From Octopus bimaculoides (Eukaryota), in NCBI RefSeq assembly GCF_001194135.2, contig NC_068996.1:18649662-18691616 (forward strand): a DNA stretch of 41,955 nt. Reading direction: 5' to 3'. Position 1 is the stretch's first letter; every line of letters begins with the position of its first letter. Under the pieces are notes generated by a model. That model was not told the origin of the DNA, did no database searches, and was given only the letters and a program-made list of their open reading frames with translations. Positions 12,716-24,589 of this stretch are shown piece after piece. Made by a program: the position numbers and the translations under genes.

Positions 12716-14847
12716 NNNNNNNNNNNNNNNNNNNNNNNNNNNNNNNNNNNNNNNNNNNNNNNNNNNNNNNNNNNNNNNNNNNNNNNNNNNNNNNNNNNNN
12801 NNNNNNNNNNNNNNNNNNNNNNNNNNNNNNNNNNNNNNNNNNNNNNNNNNNNNNNNNNNNNNNNNNNNNNNNNNNNNNNNNNNNNNNNNNNNNNNNNNNN
12901 NNNNNNNNNNNNNNNNNNNNNNNNNNNNNNNNNNNNNNNNNNNNNNNNNNNNNNNNNNNNNNNNNNNNNNNNNNNNNNNNNNNNNNNNNNNNNNNNNNNN
13001 NNNNNNNNNNNNNNNNNNNNNNNNNNNNNNNNNNNNNNNNNNNNNNNNNNNNNNNNNNNNNNNNNNNNNNNNNNNNNNAAACATCGTTATGTATGAAAAT
13101 GCTCTTATAGCTAATAGCTGCATTAGACATGTCAATAATATACAGTGTATTATTATAATTGTGTCTGGTAAACTGTGTTGTTTATTCATATTTAAAGATT
13201 TAGTGCGGTCGAAGCTCTGTGTGTGTCTTTACTTGGAGGATTTCCGTTGGTTCGTAAAGGTGGCTGTCTTTATGCCCTTAACTACCCCGGATACATTTCA
13301 CAACCCTATTTTATTGTTAATATTAGCTTCTCTGCTCCGTTGACTGCGATGAAAGAGTAAGAAACTGGTTTAGGTTTCAACTATAAGCATTTAGGAGGAT
13401 TTCAGTTAATCTCTCTGACATTTTAAGAGACGTGAAGAAATGAACAAAGGGATAATAATTTTATGACATTTAACCAACCCAGCATATTGCATTTGTGATT
13501 TTTGTTGAAGCGGCTGCCTGCTGTAACTGATAATAATTTGGTATGACTACCAAATTTAGGTGTATGTTATGTGTGTGTCTCACTGTTTTTCTCTTTCTCT
13601 CCCACATGTATGTATAGTTATATATTTATATATTAATATCTATAAATATATGTTCTTACACATACACACACACACACGTCTAATTTGATTGTGAAAATAT
13701 TTGTAATTCTTTGGGCGGTTTGGTACACATTTCTACTTGCAAACAATAGAGTTGACGTAAAGCTCGACAGTCTAATTTAAAATCTGCTGTTTCCTAATAT
13801 GTACTAAATGTACATATCTGCACATGTGCAGAACAAGAAAATGGAATACTGTTTGTTTGTTTTTTCCTCCTACTTCTCCAATTTCTGTTATATTGGTTTC
13901 ATTCATTGGTCTACAGCCATTTGGGGAGGGGGAGTCCAGTGGATGAGATGAATTATGGTGTCTGTTCTGGTTTTTTGCGTTCTGCTTTTAAATTCCATCT
14001 CCTATCCTTGGCGTCCATTCTGAGACCCTGCTAATTAATACTGATGGGTCTCCGGTGCCATATAGAGTGGTGTTTGACTGGAGTAACATTTCAGTTATAT
14101 AAATACAAATCCTGCACTGTTGTTGGGATAAATGCAAGAACAAAAACATTCATTGGGATACAGCAGTGCTGGGGCCATCATCTTCAGGATTTTACGAAGT
14201 CGGCTACTTTATTGATCGCTTGGATTTTTAAAAAATTGTTTACAACCACCGGAATTTTTTAAAATTTTCTACTCTGATGAATTTTTGTGTGTTGATGATA
14301 AATATATGCTGTCGACAATGCTTCCGATTGGCTAAAATTACATACCTCTGAAAACTTGTAACTTTTTTTTTTTTTTTGTAATTTCTAGAGAAAATGAAAA
14401 GAAATTTCGTCATCAATGTAGAAAATCTAAAAAATATCTAAAAATTTGAAAGAAAAAACTCCGGTTGTTGGAAAGGATTTAAAAAGATGCGATCACTTTC
14501 GTAAAGAACTAAATGTTAAGTTTACCTATGGATAATGAGACGTAACTAGGTTAAAACTAAATACCATTATAGGTTTTTTGGTGCGGTTTTTTTCAGAACT
14601 TAGCGATTATGCTATCCCGCACCGTTCGATGTGACTTTATTGAAGACTAGATTTTTGTATTTGGTTCCTGAAAATAACATCTATTAATTATAGCTATCTT
14701 CCCCATACGATAAAAAAAAAAACTTATGCTTTTCTTATTTTGATGCCAAAATATTTCTAGAAATATTTTCAAGGAATTGGGTTGTAGTTTCTAGCTGTTC
14801 GAACAACCCTATAGAATCTGTCTTTGATATGTGTGAATACAACAACA

Positions 14848-14850
<3 letters not shown>

Positions 14851-14929
<79 letters not shown>
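14851..14929. repeat. (TC)n microsatellite
   Basis: About 39 TC units. Confidence 0.97.
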
Positions 14930-14931
<2 letters not shown>

Positions 14932-16093
14932 GTCTTATAATGGTAACTATCTCTTTCCCTTTCCCGTCTTATGGTGGTGATTACATTACCCTATGTGAGA
15001 TTTGAGGGATATTCAACTGCTGTTTCTTATAGGTCGGGCATTCACTTTGAGGTCTCTACCGGTGGCTCGTGTATTTCTTGAAAATCCTAGCAAATTAACG
15101 TTTTAATCTGAAATCATGTAAAGCATTAAACTACCCATTAATAAAAGCTCAATCGTAGATTTGGCTTAAAGACTGATATTTATGACAGCCTCCCTCCAAC
15201 TTATTATGAATGAGGAGAAGAAGGGGGGAGAAAGAACTAGAGAATTAGAAAAATATCGACGGGGAGGAGAGTTTAAGGTTTTTCATCTTGGTGTATTAAG
15301 TTATATTAGGAGAGAGGGTGTGTATAAACACCTCAAGTAGAATATATTTACATACATTCACATTCCTTCTGAAGGATGACTTATGTGTCGACATGAACGA
15401 ATGTATATGTGTGTGTATATATATACTCTCGCAGAGAAGGAATATCCAGTACATGGAGCTCATTGTGTGTGTAAATGTAGGTAAATATGCGTATGTAGAA
15501 GCATAAATGTGTATGTATATATATATATATATATATATNNNNNNNNNNNNNNNNNNNNNNNNNNNNNNNNNNNNNNNNNNNNNNNNNNNNNNNNNNNNNN
15601 NNNNNNNNNNNNNNNNNNNNNNNNNNNNNNNNNNNNNNNNNNNNNNNNNNNNNNNNNNNNNNNNNNNNNNNNNNNNNNNNNNNNNNNNNNNNNNNNNNNN
15701 NNNNNNNNNNNNNNNNNNNNNNNNNNNNNNNNNNNNNNNNNNNNNNNNNNNNNNNNNNNNNNNNNNNNNNNNNNNNNNNNNNNNNNNNNNNNNNNNNNNN
15801 NNNNNNNNNNNNNNNNNNNNNNNNNNNNNNNNNNNNNNNNNNNNNNNNNNNNNNNNNNNNNNNNNNNNNNNNNNNNNNNNNNNNNNNNNNNNNNNNNNNN
15901 NNNNNNNNNNNNNNNNNNNNNNNNNNNNNNNNNNNNNNNNNNNNNNNNNNNNNNNNNNNNNNNNNNNNNNNNNNNNNNNNNNNNNNNNNNNNNNNNNNNN
16001 NNNNNNNNNNNNNNNNNNNNNNNNNNNNNNNNNNNNNNNNNNNNNNNNNNNNNNNNNNNNNNNNATATATATACAGAGAGAGAGAGAGAGAGA

Positions 16094-16293
16094 TGTGTGT
16101 ATGTTTGTGTGTCTGTGTTTGTCCCCCCAGCATCGCTTGACAACCGATGCTGGTGTGTTTACGTCCCCGTAACTTAGCGGTTCGGCAAAAGAGACCTATA
16201 GAATAAGTACTAGGCTTACACAAAATAAGTCCTGGGGTCGATTTGCTCTACTAAAGGCGGTGCTCCAGCAATAACTGAAACAAGTGAAAGAGT
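16094..16293 (+). mobile_element. SINE family A 3' half
   Basis: gtgtctgtgtttgtccccccagcatcgcttgacaaccgatgctgg..cttagcggttcggcaaaagagacc..ctgaaacaagtgaaagag; preceded by (TA)n-gap-(GA)n, probably the internal microsatellite of the element. Confidence 0.9.
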
Positions 16294-16619
16294 AAAAAAA
16301 AAGAAAGAGTATATATTACTAGTTGTGGCATATGTAAATGGACAAATTGATACATGCTTCGCGCTGACTTATTGTACCTACGCATATTGATGACTCTTTA
16401 GATATTCTGTCTGGAAGTGCATAGCCTCTTCTATAGGCGCGAAACCGATGGTAGCCTTATGGAATAACCAGTAATATATTGATCGACGACGTGTGAGTGT
16501 GTGTGTAACAGCAGCTTGGGGTTCCTCACTCCTGATGGGTTTTATCGCGCGCCTTGGCACCAATCAAAAGTATTTCTGCTTCCGCACGTTCAGATGGATT
16601 GTCATCACATATGGTTTGT

Positions 16620-16705
16620 TAACCCACAGCTGGGACCCTAACAGGCGCTACTACTCCGGGTCAGAATAGACCTGGAAACAATTATGGCTAAGAGATTGTT
16701 CCATA
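16620..16705 (+). repeat. Fragment of an unclassified interspersed repeat
   Basis: acccacagctgggaccctaacaggcgctactactccgggtcagaatagacctgg resembles a repeat I recall from cephalopod DNA; single copy here, so it cannot be verified inside the window. Confidence 0.3.
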
Positions 16706-17389
16706 CTACTCATAACCCTGCAACGAAAACACACACACACACACCTATATACTTACATGCATTTTATATATCCATATGTATATGCATACATAAATACATT
16801 ATAAATATTCTATCTCATCTCATTTGTTGTTTGCTCTTTCTTTGGAGAAGATTATTCATATTTTCGTGTCAAAAATCATTTCTAGGAATTATTTACTTCT
16901 AATGGCAATGCTGGTCAAAAATATTGTGACATCTATCAATTCTCTTGAAGAATACAATTGTTTCATGTTCATGTTACCATTTTCAATATAAACCAATTTC
17001 ATCTCATTTATGGCGTTAAGTCTTAATCATAATTCTTTTTGTTACCCACTTCAACATTCCAGGTTTTAACTTTTTCCCTTTATTATTCTTTATAGTGGTT
17101 GTTTCAGTCAGTCATTGAACTGCGGCCATGCTGTGACAATGCATTTAATGTGTTGAGTCTCCCTCTCACCCCCACCTCCTCCACTAATACTTATTTTATA
17201 CCTCGAAACGCATAAAAAGTAGAGTGAATATGAGCGGGATTTTCTATGCAGAAAAGCAAGAAGGACGTAATTAAATACCAAGAGGTATTTCAGTCTAAAG
17301 ATCTATTGATTTCCCCCCCCCCCATTTTTCACCAACCGCGTTTAAATTATTCACGAATCATCATCATAATCATCATTATTCTTATTTTG

Positions 17390-17680
17390 ATTTTCCTTTC
17401 ACTTTCCCCTTCTGTTCCCCGAGCACTCTCTCTTTCTCTTTCTCTCTTTCTCTCCCCACTACTCTTTTGTTTCTCTCTTTATTATTGTTTTATTCCATTT
17501 CATACCCAACTCATTCCTCGCTTCTTTTTCCCTATCTCTCCAATCTCTCTTTCTTTCCCTTCTTCCTTCCTCTCCTCCTCCTCCTCCTCCTCCTCCTCTT
17601 GCTTCTTTCCTTCCTCCCTCCCCTTCTCCTCATCTCTCTTTTTCTCTCCCCTCCTCTCCCTATTTGCTAAACTACACCTT
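17390..17680. repeat. Polypyrimidine low-complexity tract with (CCT)n
   Basis: Almost only C and T on the plus strand; explains the S/F/L/P ORFs at 17246-17832. Confidence 0.9.
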
Positions 17681-18232
17681 AAACTCCACCCAACAATAAC
17701 AATAACAAAGCGGAAAACAAGAAGAAATGAACAAAAATAAAACGTCGCTTTGTGTAAAATTGGCAATGGCAGAAAAGGAATTCTTTGAGTGTCCATTTTG
17801 AGAAAGGTGGGTGCGAGACTGTATGGCGACATGATATATGCAGTTAAATTCTTACGTACGAAGATCGTTTCAACGGAAATGGTAATGTGTCATTTGGTGT
17901 ATGTCTTGGAAGAATAATTATATGTTCAATGTCCCATCTTCATACGCCTCACGTTTTTTTGGACAAAAATATTTTCCAGCCGTCTTCTTTTCTTTCTTTT
18001 TCATTTTCTTATGCCTGTTAGCTTTCTAACCAGATCTGAACAAATGTAGAGTTAAAATTGTTAGTTAAGTTTAGTTTCAGCATATTTAATACAGTTAGTA
18101 TTTAAAAACTATCTAGAAATAATTATATGCCTCAAAACTTACCTAAACTAGACACCAATATTTAATATTGCCGAAACCTAATTACTTCCCTGAGTAGAAA
18201 GCCAAACAATACCAAAGTGATGCCCACAGAGT

Positions 18233-18626
18233 TGTTCTTGTTGTTGTTGGCACTCCGTCGCTTACGACGTCGAGGGTTCCAGTTGATCCGATCAACGGAA
18301 CAACCTGCTCGTGAAATTAACGTGAAAGTGACTGAGCACTCCACAGACACGTGTACCCCTAACGTAGTTCTCGGGGATATTCAGCGTGACACAGTGTGAC
18401 AAGCCTGACCCTTTGAATTACAGGCACAACAGAAACAGGAAGTAAGAGTGAGAGAAAGTTGTGGTGAAAGAGTACAGCAGGGTTCACCACCATCCCCTGC
18501 CGGAGCCTCGTGGAGCTTTAGGTGTTTTCGCTCAATAAACACTCACAACGCCCGGTCTGGGAATCGAAACCGCGATCCTATGACCGAGAGTCCACTGCCC
18601 TAACCACTGGGCCATTGCGCCTCCAC
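18233..18626 (-). mobile_element. SINE family B copy 2, full length with 15-bp target-site duplication
   Basis: Minus strand starts gtggaggcgcaatggcccagtggttagggcagtggactctcggtcataggatcgcggtttcgattccc (A and B boxes) and ends in (caa)n; flanked by identical tgatgcccacagagt at 18218-18232 and 18627-18641. Confidence 0.95.
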
Positions 18627-19364
18627 TGATGCCCACAGAGTATGAATCCACAAACACTTTCCACTTTACAAGAATGAAGGGCAACCCCAAAATAACTTTA
18701 CTAAGATATAAGAAATTAATTATCGAGCAAAGCAAATGTGTGTTCCCATCATCAGATGCACAAATGGATATCATTATAGTTTCGATGCCTGGGCAGTACC
18801 ATTCAACCCGGCGGTGTTCACAGTGTTAAAAATGCTGCATGGGGATGGTATGACAAAGTGTTAACATGTTTAATGCAGAGAAATAGTTTTGTGGTGAAGT
18901 TAAACAATATTAGTCATTAACTAATTCTATTTTGTTTATATCGTCAAGTAGGGAAAACAAATGTACAAGCGTATCACTCTTCAACGAAACATGTTGAATG
19001 CGTGGGAGACGCGAAATATCGTTTTTGCTAGCCATACTGCTGTGGAATTATGGAAAACATCCGATCCTAACGCGTGATCATCATCATCAGTAGGTGGTTA
19101 CTACACAACGTTTACTGAAGCTTATTGAACTGAACTCGGTAGGCGATGGATTCAGGGAAGTGATGGGGTTGTCAAAATAGATTTTTCTGCTATGCATGAA
19201 TAAACAGTTGAAGATGTAGAAACATCCTTCCTCTCATTTTGTTGGGGTGAAAACATACAAATAACGTCCAAAAACTCTACATCATCCAAAAACCCGAAAA
19301 TATAATTAAGCACCATTTCCATGAGAAATGGATTACCAGAACACCCCATAGATCTGCATGGATT

Positions 19365-19579
19365 TACAGCAATCCTTCGATTATGGCGGGTATTACGTTC
19401 CAAAACCTTTCATAGAAATAATTAAAATATAAAAATATATAAACACCTATAGAGCCACAGAGACTCGCGATATACTCAGGAGTCCACGATATAAATTTAC
19501 ATATATTAGCCAGAAAAAAAAATCCGCGATGTACTGAGTGCGCGATATGTGAACCGCGATATGGCGAAGGATTACTGTA
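19365..19579. mobile_element. Tc1/mariner-superfamily (Tigger/pogo-like) MITE, copy 1
   Basis: TA-cagcaatccttcgattatggcggg ... ccgcgatatggcgaaggattactg-TA: imperfect TIRs of about 24 bp with TA target duplication; homologous in reverse to 35125-35333. Confidence 0.85.
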
Positions 19580-19642
19580 ATACGCGAAATGGCCACCCAT
19601 TACCACCATCTTTAAGAACTTCATAATTCTCGAATCTAAAAT

Positions 19643-19974
19643 GTCGATTTGTTTGACTAAACTCTTCGAGGTGATGCCCCCCCCCCCCAGCAACAGCCGC
19701 AGTCCATTGACTGACTATATGTATGTGATATTCAACTGCCAAGTATTCACATCTCATTTTTAGCTAGATACTAATATTTATTTGCAAGTTATATAACGTC
19801 TTGTTTATTTTTGCGAAACAACAATTAAGGCAAAACAATCTAAGTAAAAATACTCAAAAATAGCCAAGATGTATGTTGAATTCAGGTGATGGCACCTTTC
19901 AGGAGTCGTCTAGTTTCTTCAGAATTTCGAAAATTCTAAGAACGATTTATAAGTGCCGTCATCTGAATAAACAT
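19643..19974 (+). repeat. Local direct repeat, copy 1 (SINE A tail fragment plus AT-rich block)
   Basis: gtcgatttgtttgactaaactcttcgaggtgatgcccc..taatatttatttgcaagttatataac..aagtgccgtcatctgaata aligns by eye with 21388-21629. Confidence 0.9.
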
Positions 19975-21387
19975 AATACTGTGAATGATATCGGGTGGAC
20001 GGAAAATGTATGGAAGCCCGTCGAATAGATTGGTTGTAAAGTCCTCTCGCTAAAGCCACTTCTATCTGCCCCTTGGATCACTAACTTGGAATGACCCCAG
20101 ACCCATCAAGCAAGAGCATCAAGCCAAGAAGCCATCCAGTAAAATTTGTTAACTTGGTTGCTGCAAAACATTGTCAAAAACTCGGCTTCAATCTGAGCTG
20201 AACGGTATTAAAATTCCTTTAATAAACAGGACATCCGTTTTATATTTAATCTTGTAAATTTGACAATCAATAATAAATTCAGTGTTTGATTCAATGTATT
20301 TACTTATCAGTTTCACTGTTATGCAACAACTGCAACAACAACAACAGCTGATGATGAAAATCGTAACACTTGCTCCACTCCATTTCACACCCTCGCCCTT
20401 GGCCCGCCGAGCCTCTCCGTCACTGTTTATTTTCTTGTGATTCATACCTCTACTGTATAATCATTTCTTTTGCCTCTCCTCTCCACCTCTCTCTCTCTCT
20501 CTCTCTCCCTCTCCATGACATCGTCTTATATTTGCTTTTTTTTTGTTTGTTTGTTTATTTAACAAACTAAAAAGAAAACTTAAAACAAAATTCACAAAAC
20601 AAAGCACATTTAACAAAAACAATATGTAACCAAAAACTCTTACTCTGCCAGACTATTGGCTGTTGCATTTACACATTCATACACGTTTCTGTTGTGAAGG
20701 TAACTATTGTAAAGAGTTTTATAAATGCTTATATTGTATTTATCCTCTTGTATATAAAAAAAAATACTGGGGTTGGTAGCATAGACTAACTCTCCTCATA
20801 GCCTTGTGCCTAAATCAACAACCATATTTCCTTACACATACATACATGCACACACACACACACACACATACACATACACACATTTGTGTATACATCTGCG
20901 TATACATAATATGTATGCAATTTCACACACGTATCTACCCTGTTCTGACACTTGACTTTGCTACTTAGCGAATTGTTTGTTTTGTTTCGACAAGGCCCTT
21001 TGTCAAATAAACACTACTTTTCACACATACACACCTCTTTCTCGCTCGCTCGCTCTCTATCTTTTCTCTATCTCTATCTCTATCCATCTGTCTTTCTCTG
21101 TCTTTTCCTCCTCCTCCTCCTCTCTCCCCCCCCCCATGTAAATATGTAATAATTTATGTATTCCTATTTGTCACTTGAGTCGAGGTGGATTTCTTTTGAA
21201 GTTTTGACGTGTGTGAATTGCATACGTATGTGTAAATGCATGTATCAATGTGTGTGTATGAATGCGTGTGCCTTCTCTCTCTTTCTGTCTCTCTCCCTCT
21301 CTCTGCGCGTCTGTCTTTCCTCCATCGCTTGATAACTTAGTGTCTGTTTAATACAACGATAGAATAAGTAACCTGGCTTTTACAAAA

Positions 21388-21629
21388 GTCGATTTGTTTG
21401 ACTAAACCCTTCGAGGTGATGCCCCCTTTAGAAAGTAATATTTATTTGTAAGTTATATAACTTCTTGTTTATTTCTGCTAAACAGCAATTAAGGCAAAAC
21501 AATCTAAGTAAAAATACTCAAAATAGCCAAGATATATCTTGAATTCAGGTGATGGCATCTTTCAGGAATCGTCTCGTTTGTTCGAAAATTCTAAGAACGA
21601 TTTATAAGTGCCGTCATCTGAATAGACAT
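21388..21629 (+). repeat. Local direct repeat, copy 2
   Basis: Same sequence as 19643-19974 but lacking most of the segment at about 19690-19771. Confidence 0.9.
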
Positions 21630-22356
21630 GTATGTTTATGTAATTATGTGTATCTATGTGTGTTAGTGTATGCGCGCGCGCACACACACACACCCACACG
21701 TAATTACGCAATCAGACGTCCGCATTTAATTGTGTAATGTATGTATACACACTGATAACGTATTAAACACGGAAATGCACGCCGCAAATTTTTAAGCTCT
21801 CTACATGTAACCATACTTATAGCGCTGTAGCTGTGTTCTCTTTTTAGTAGCGGCTGTTTCTACTCCCACCCCAGTCTGTGAGTGAACTTGCACGTGCGTG
21901 TGTGTTTGAGAGAGGAAGAGAGAGAAAGAGAGAGAAATTTACTTTGGTACAACGTACATACTGGTATAAGAAGTATGTACGCGGAGGTTTGCAGTTAAGA
22001 AGTTGTCTTCAGTTTGTTCCACTNNNNNNNNNNNNNNNNNNNNNNNNNNNNNNNNNNNNNNNNNNNNNNNNNNNNNNNNNNNNNNNNNNNNNNNNNNNNN
22101 NNNNNNNNNNNNNNNNNNNNNNNNNNNNNNNNNNNNNNNNNNNNNNNNNNNNNNNNNNNNNNNNNNNNNNNNNNNNNNNNNNNNNNNNNNNNNNNNNNNN
22201 NNNNNNNNNNNNAGAATGTTTACGAAATTATGCTGTAGTTTCATTGATATTTCCTGCTGTCAATAAATTGTTCGTTAGTTCAGTGCTTTCGAATTCCGCT
22301 GGAATAACAACAAAAATTTCTTACTTTATAAACAAATAAAGATTGACAAAGGGAAG

Positions 22357-22740
22357 AGCACGTGGAAAGAAGCTTGCTTCGCAACCACATGATTCCGGGT
22401 TCAGTCCCCTTGCGTGGCACTTTGAGCAAGTGTCTTCTACTATAGCCCCGATGGATTTGGTACACGGAAATTGAAAGAAGCCCATCGTGTGTGTGTGGTC
22501 CCGCGCGCGCCTATATATGCGTCTGGGTTTGTCCCCTACCACTGCTTCACAACCGTTGTTGATTTGTTTATGTTCCTGTAATCTAGCGGCTCGGCAGAAA
22601 GAAGCCGATAAAGTATCGGCTTTGCAAAAAGAAGAAAAAGGAGGAAAAAAGAAAACCATGTGCTGGGGTCGATTTGTTCGATTTGTTCGATTAAACCCTT
22701 CTAGGCGCTGCCACAGAATGGCTGAAACAAGGTAAAGGAA
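22357..22740 (+). mobile_element. SINE family A copy (diverged)
   Basis: agcttgcttcgcaaccacatgattccgggttcagtcccc..ttgagcaagtgtcttctactatagcc..ctagcggctcggc..tgctggggtcgatttgttcg..ctgaaacaagg. Confidence 0.88.
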
Positions 22741-23054
22741 TACCTTACCACAAATTCATAGAGGAATGAAGTGTTTTGATTATTGAACTCATTAATTTAT
22801 TTCAATGTATCTCCCCATCGACAAATTCAGCTGACATAATAGAGATCTATGACGAAATACTCCTGCTACAAAGAAACTCTTCTATTATGTATTATTATCT
22901 GCTGACCCTTTTGATTGTTTTCCAAATGCAAGAACAAGCCAGGTGTGGATACACGTCATATATAGCTCGGAAGTATGTAATTTGAAGAAAATTTAGTTGT
23001 TATTTCTTGCAAACTGAGTGACTATTTGTCGTTGGATCGCCTGTTGGTGGATTT

Positions 23055-23541
23055 ACTCTTTTACTTGTTTCAGTCATTTGACTGCGGCCATGCTGGAGCA
23101 CCGCCTTTTAGTCGAGCAAATCGACTCCAGGACTTATTCTTTGTAAGCCTAGTTACTTATTCTATCGGTCTTTTTTTTGCCGAACCGCTAAGTTACGGGG
23201 GCGTAAACACACCAGCATCGATTGTCAAGCGATGGTGGGGGACAAACACAGACACACAAACACACACACACACACACACACANNNNNNNNNNNNNNNNNN
23301 NNNNNNNNNNNNNNNNNNNNNNNNNNNNNNNNNNNNNNNNNNNNNNNNNNATATATATATATATATATACATATATACGACGGGCTTCTTTCAGTTTCCG
23401 TCTACCAAATCCACTCACAAGGCTTTGGTTGGCCCGAGGCTATAGTAGAAGATACTTGCCCAAGGTGCGACGCAATGGGACTGAACCCGGAACCATTTGG
23501 TTGTTAAGCAAGCTACTTACCACACAGCCATTCCTGCGCCT
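23055..23541 (-). mobile_element. SINE family A, full length, with gap inside its internal microsatellite
   Basis: Runs from actcttttacttgtttcagtc to ..ccacacagccattcctgcgcct; gap 23283-23350 sits between the (ca)n and (ta)n of the internal repeat. Confidence 0.95.
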
Positions 23542-24240
23542 GAACTCATTGTAAAAATCAAAAGAAAAAACGAAAACTGTTAACCTACATGCACACTACT
23601 AATAAGGAAGCTTGTATCTGAACTACTCAGTGTGCTAGAATTAACAACAAAATCTCTTTCAAATCACAACTTACGTCTTGAAAATGGAAAGAACACATTA
23701 GAAAATGTAGTCCGAGATATACTCACAAAATATTAAGATTATTGCAGCTACCATTCTTTGACCATAAAGTATGCTCCATCTTGCTTGCCATACAGCTAAA
23801 TCACCTACTGCAACCATTACTACCGCCTCAAGGCATTTTGTCCCGTGTCCTGCCAAAAACTGACATAAATAATAATCTCTCTCTTTCACTCCGACACGCG
23901 CGCACACGCGTGATATGGAATAATGCATTGAAAAGAAAAGAAAAACCGATCGTGTTTTATGGAATTATCTGCCGCTACTGTCAACCCTATTTTACCTTCT
24001 TTCCTTGTCAGCCACCGTGAATAGGGGATTGAGAGCCTTATTTATTTATTTGTTTGAGAGGAGTTTTCTTAAGATTACGTTTATGAATTTGTTTTGCAAG
24101 ATTACTGATGTGAAACAGATATTGTTATATTTCGGGACGGTCATATATATATTTTCGTTTCCAATTAATCACATACGCCCTGTATACTCGGTCCTCACTC
24201 CAGCTTTATTGTTATTATCATTATTATAGCAACTTTGTGT

Positions 24241-24365
24241 GAAATCTTTCGTCACACATCCTGTGACCTCTTCAGCGACAATTTATCTCACTGACAGAAT
24301 GGACTGAACAGAACGTGAGATTGAATGTCGTTGAAGAGGTCACAGGATGTGTGACGAAAGGTTTC
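24241..24365. other. Long inverted repeat (51-bp arms, 23-nt loop)
   Basis: gaaatctttcgtcacacatcctgtgacctcttcagcgacaatttatctcac (24241-24291) against the reverse complement of 24315-24365, gaaacctttcgtcacacatcctgtgacctcttcaacgacattcaatctcac; about 5 mismatches. Confidence 0.95.
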
Positions 24366-24589
24366 AGACAAACGACACTAAAATAAGAATAAGAATAACA
24401 ATAAAGTATATAGTGGTTAATTGGCAAAAGGTATGACCATCCTCAAATATAACAATAGTTTTCTAAGTTTCGCGAGTGTCCCTTATAGTTATGTTCATAG
24501 TGATGATCATGATGATCTTTTTTGTGTGTGTGTGTGTGTGTGTGTGTAAAGGTGTGTGTGGAGCTCAAGAGAGAAATCCTTCTGAAGTT

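Noticed and set aside
13817-13832. 16-bp perfect palindrome tctgcacatgtgcaga
   Set aside because: Isolated, with no loop or context to support a function.
18560-18626. tRNA-like sequences (also at 1541, 5530, 10871, 27821)
   Set aside because: SINE heads with A/B boxes continuing into SINE bodies; I could not build a full cloverleaf with an acceptor stem, so they are not called tRNA genes.
11036-18774. Near-identical peptides in ORFs 11036-11242/18217-18399 and 10409-10948/18532-18774 suggesting duplicated genes
   Set aside because: They are translations of the two SINE B copies.
19364-19693. Similar peptides in ORFs 19364-19693 (-) and 35020-35334 (+)
   Set aside because: Both are translations of the non-coding MITE.
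23716-23848. Minus-strand AG..GT segment encoding HGTKCLEAVVMVAVGDLAVWQARWSILYGQRMVAAIILIF
   Set aside because: Weak pyrimidine tract, no recognisable protein, partly low-complexity.
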